Shown here piece after piece: positions 16,001 through 18,024 of a stretch of DNA of 18,024 nt. Below the pieces are notes generated by a model. That model made no database searches, was not told where the DNA came from, and saw only the letters and a list, made by a program, of their open reading frames with translations. A program made the position numbers and the translations under genes. Source of the DNA: an uncultured archaeon (GTDB taxonomy: Archaea; Asgardarchaeota; Lokiarchaeia; Sigyniarchaeales; SOKP01); assembly GCA_964486045.1 (NCBI GenBank), contig CAZALK010000031.1, positions 1 through 18,024 of the forward strand, read 5' to 3'. Each line of letters starts with the position of its first letter. Position 1 is the first letter of the stretch.

Positions 16001-18024
16001 CTATTTTCTACCTCTTATTTTTTCTATACGTTTTATTTCTTTTTCACTAGATTTGTAGGATTTCTTCCTAAATTTTATTATTAGCACGGTCAGTATCCCT
16101 ATTATACTACCAATACTTATCATTGTTATCGGGTTTGTTAAGAATGATATTAAATTAAAACTATCCCCAGATGGTATTTCTACAGTTATCTCTATTTGGT
16201 TGGAATTATTGAAACCCACCTCATTGTAAGACCGAATTAAGAAATAATATTCACCGCTTTCAAGAGACATGGAATAATTTAGATCGGTTATACCTGATGC
16301 TATTAATGTTACACTTGCATTGATTTCAGTAATTGTGCTATTATACATATAAATAGAGTAATTGTCAGCTCCTATAGAAATAGTCCAGTTTAATTCAAAT
16401 TGACCATCAGTGTCAGGAGAATCCGCATCAGATGACAAAATAAAAGAATCTGGTCCAAGTTGTAGGTCTACAGTTACCATTATTTGATTTGAATCTGTGA
16501 AACCCGTCTCATTATAAGACCGAATTAGGAAATAATAGGTACCACTACCAAGCGACATGGAATAGTTTAGATTTGTTAAACCAGATGTGAAATTTGTTAC
16601 ACTAACATTAATTTCTGTAATTGCGCTAGTATGCATGTAAATGGAGTAGTTATCAGCTCCTATAGAAATAGTCCAGTTTAATATAAATTGGCCATCAGTG
16701 TCAGGAAAATCCGCATCAGATGATAAAATAAATGATTGTGGAGAAAGCATATCATAACGAATAGTAACTTCGTTATAACCAAGATTTCCGAGTGTGTCGT
16801 TTGCATAAAACCTGATTGTAATTGTCCCATTAAGCAAAGCTGCTTGATTTAACGTCCCATTTGTTCCTATAAAAGTATAATTTGTTAAACCTCCATCTAT
16901 CGTGTACCAGCTGGTATTCAAATTCCCCTCTACAATTGTAAGATCAAATTGAGGGATATCATGAGTAAAGAGCTGGTTAGAAGTAGGGGAATTGACTGTT
17001 ATTATTGGTGCCAATATGTCTTTTTGAACATCAATCTCTTGATAATTCAGATTCCCTAACGTATCATTAGCATAAAATCTTATAGTAACGGTTCCATTAA
17101 GAAACGTATCCCAGACGGTTTGATTTATTGTGCCAGTTGTTCCATTAAAGATGTATTTCGTTAGTCCACCATCAAGAGTATACCAAGAAGTATTGAAATT
17201 ACCATCCGTGATTGTCACATTAAAATTTGGAGCAATGGAACTATATAATTGATTCAATGCTGGAGCATTAATTATGATAATTGGACCTGCATTATCGACA
17301 TAGATGCTCACCGATCGCGAGGTTTCATTTCCAAAAGTATCGTTCGCATAAAATGTAATAATAGTGAGTGTACCGTTAATTATTCCATCCCAGTCATTTT
17401 GGTTAAATGCCTCGTTCCCCGTGAATGTTCGATTTACTGATGATCCCGCTATAAAGTACCACATGGTATTGAGATTTCCGTCAGTTATAGTAACATCGAA
17501 TACTGGAGCTGTTCCGTTGAGCATATCATTATCACTGGGTGAGTTTATGGTGATGATTGGACCCAATTTATCAACGTAGATGCTTACCGATTGCGAGGTT
17601 TCATATCCAAAAGTGTCATTCGCATAAAACGTAATAGTAGTGAGAGTACCGTTAGTAATACCATCCCAATCGTTTTGATTAAATTGCTCATTCACCAAAA
17701 ATGTTCGATTTACTGACGATCCTGCTATAAAGTACCACATAGTATCGAGGTTTCCGTCAGTTATAGTAACATCAAATACTGGGGCTGTTGCACTGAACAC
17801 ATCGTTATCACCGGGTGAGTTAATGGTGATGGATGGACCCGATTTATCAACGTAGATGCTCACCGATTGCGAGTTTTCATTTCCTAATGAGTCGTTCGCA
17901 TAAAATGTAATTACAGTGAGTGTACCGTTAGCGATACCATCCCAATCATTTTGATTAAATTGCTCGTTTACCGTGAAGGTTCGATTTACTGACGATCCCG
18001 CGATAAAATACCACATGGTATCGA
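16001..18024 (-). CDS. Large cell-surface glycoprotein, 5'-partial: tandem Ig-like beta-sandwich repeats, two FN3-like repeats, C-terminal TM helix and basic tail
   Basis: The frame is open to the window edge (...DT-MWYF), so the listed Met is internal. Five YAND(S/T)xG units, two PDTDGQF.LNW units, many N-x-S/T sequons, TM helix at about 16075-16135 followed by KFRKK. Confidence 0.85.
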   Translation of the reverse strand, partial: DTMWYFIAGSSVNRTFTVNEQFNQNDWDGIANGTLTVITFYANDSLGNENSQSVSIYVDKSGPSITINSPGDNDVFSATAPVFDVTITDGNLDTMWYFIAGSSVNRTFLVNEQFNQNDWDGITNGTLTTITFYANDTFGYETSQSVSIYVDKLGPIITINSPSDNDMLNGTAPVFDVTITDGNLNTMWYFIAGSSVNRTFTGNEAFNQNDWDGIINGTLTIITFYANDTFGNETSRSVSIYVDNAGPIIIINAPALNQLYSSIAPNFNVTITDGNFNTSWYTLDGGLTKYIFNGTTGTINQTVWDTFLNGTVTIRFYANDTLGNLNYQEIDVQKDILAPIITVNSPTSNQLFTHDIPQFDLTIVEGNLNTSWYTIDGGLTNYTFIGTNGTLNQAALLNGTITIRFYANDTLGNLGYNEVTIRYDMLSPQSFILSSDADFPDTDGQFILNWTISIGADNYSIYMHTSAITEINVSVTNFTSGLTNLNYSMSLGSGTYYFLIRSYNETGFTDSNQIMVTVDLQLGPDSFILSSDADSPDTDGQFELNWTISIGADNYSIYMYNSTITEINASVTLIASGITDLNYSMSLESGEYYFLIRSYNEVGFNNSNQIEITVEIPSGDSFNLISFLTNPITMISIGSIIGILTVLIIKFRKKSYKSSEKEIKRIEKIRGRK
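16180..16742 (-). repeat. Two 288-bp (96-aa) FN3-like intragenic repeats
   Basis: Anchor GTCCAGTTT at 16383 and 16671; both units read SFILSSDAD.PDTDGQF.LNWTISIGADNYSIYM...YYFLIRSYNE.GF..SNQI. Confidence 0.9.
17270..18024 (-). repeat. Near-identical 276-bp (92-aa) intragenic tandem repeats, at least ~2.7 copies in window
   Basis: Anchor CCACAT recurs at 17459, 17735 and 18011 (period 276); units share TMWYFIAGSSVNRTF...FNQNDWDGI.NGTLT.ITFYAND. Confidence 0.92.

Noticed and set aside
14668-17579. Short ORFs 14668-14853, 17249-17440 and 17364-17579
   Set aside because: Nested in proS or antisense to the surface protein; no motifs.
16180-18024. Repeats as a CRISPR array or DGR template/variable pair
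   Set aside because: Units are long, in-frame and contiguous with no spacers; differences are not adenine-specific and no reverse transcriptase is present in the window.

Overview
AT-rich archaeal window, most likely from an Asgard archaeon (Lokiarchaeia-like). This is inferred from an archaeal TFB with a variant Zn ribbon, an archaeal/eukaryote-type ProRS, a stand-alone longin-like protein and a YANDTxGN-repeat surface glycoprotein. Left to right: (1) a 5'-truncated protein of more than 1,090 aa with helical repeats, a TFIIB-like cyclin/HTH segment, two tandem Zn-binding HNH-like domains and a C-terminal winged helix; (2) a convergent three-gene GlpA-like flavoprotein / pyridine-nucleotide oxidoreductase / DUF1667 operon; (3) a small tail-anchored protein and a longin-like protein; (4) two divergent alpha/beta hydrolases, one polytopic; (5) tfb; (6) a PlsY fused to a Dgk1/Sec59/VTE5-type CTP-dependent lipid kinase domain; (7) a hypothetical gene and proS; (8) the 3' part of a large repeat-rich membrane-anchored surface protein. 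The two best candidates for undescribed biology are the TFIIB-like/double-HNH/wHTH protein and the PlsY-kinase fusion with its glycerolipid-related neighbours. No RNA genes, CRISPR arrays or recognisable IS elements were seen. All family assignments come from motif reading by eye, not database searches.
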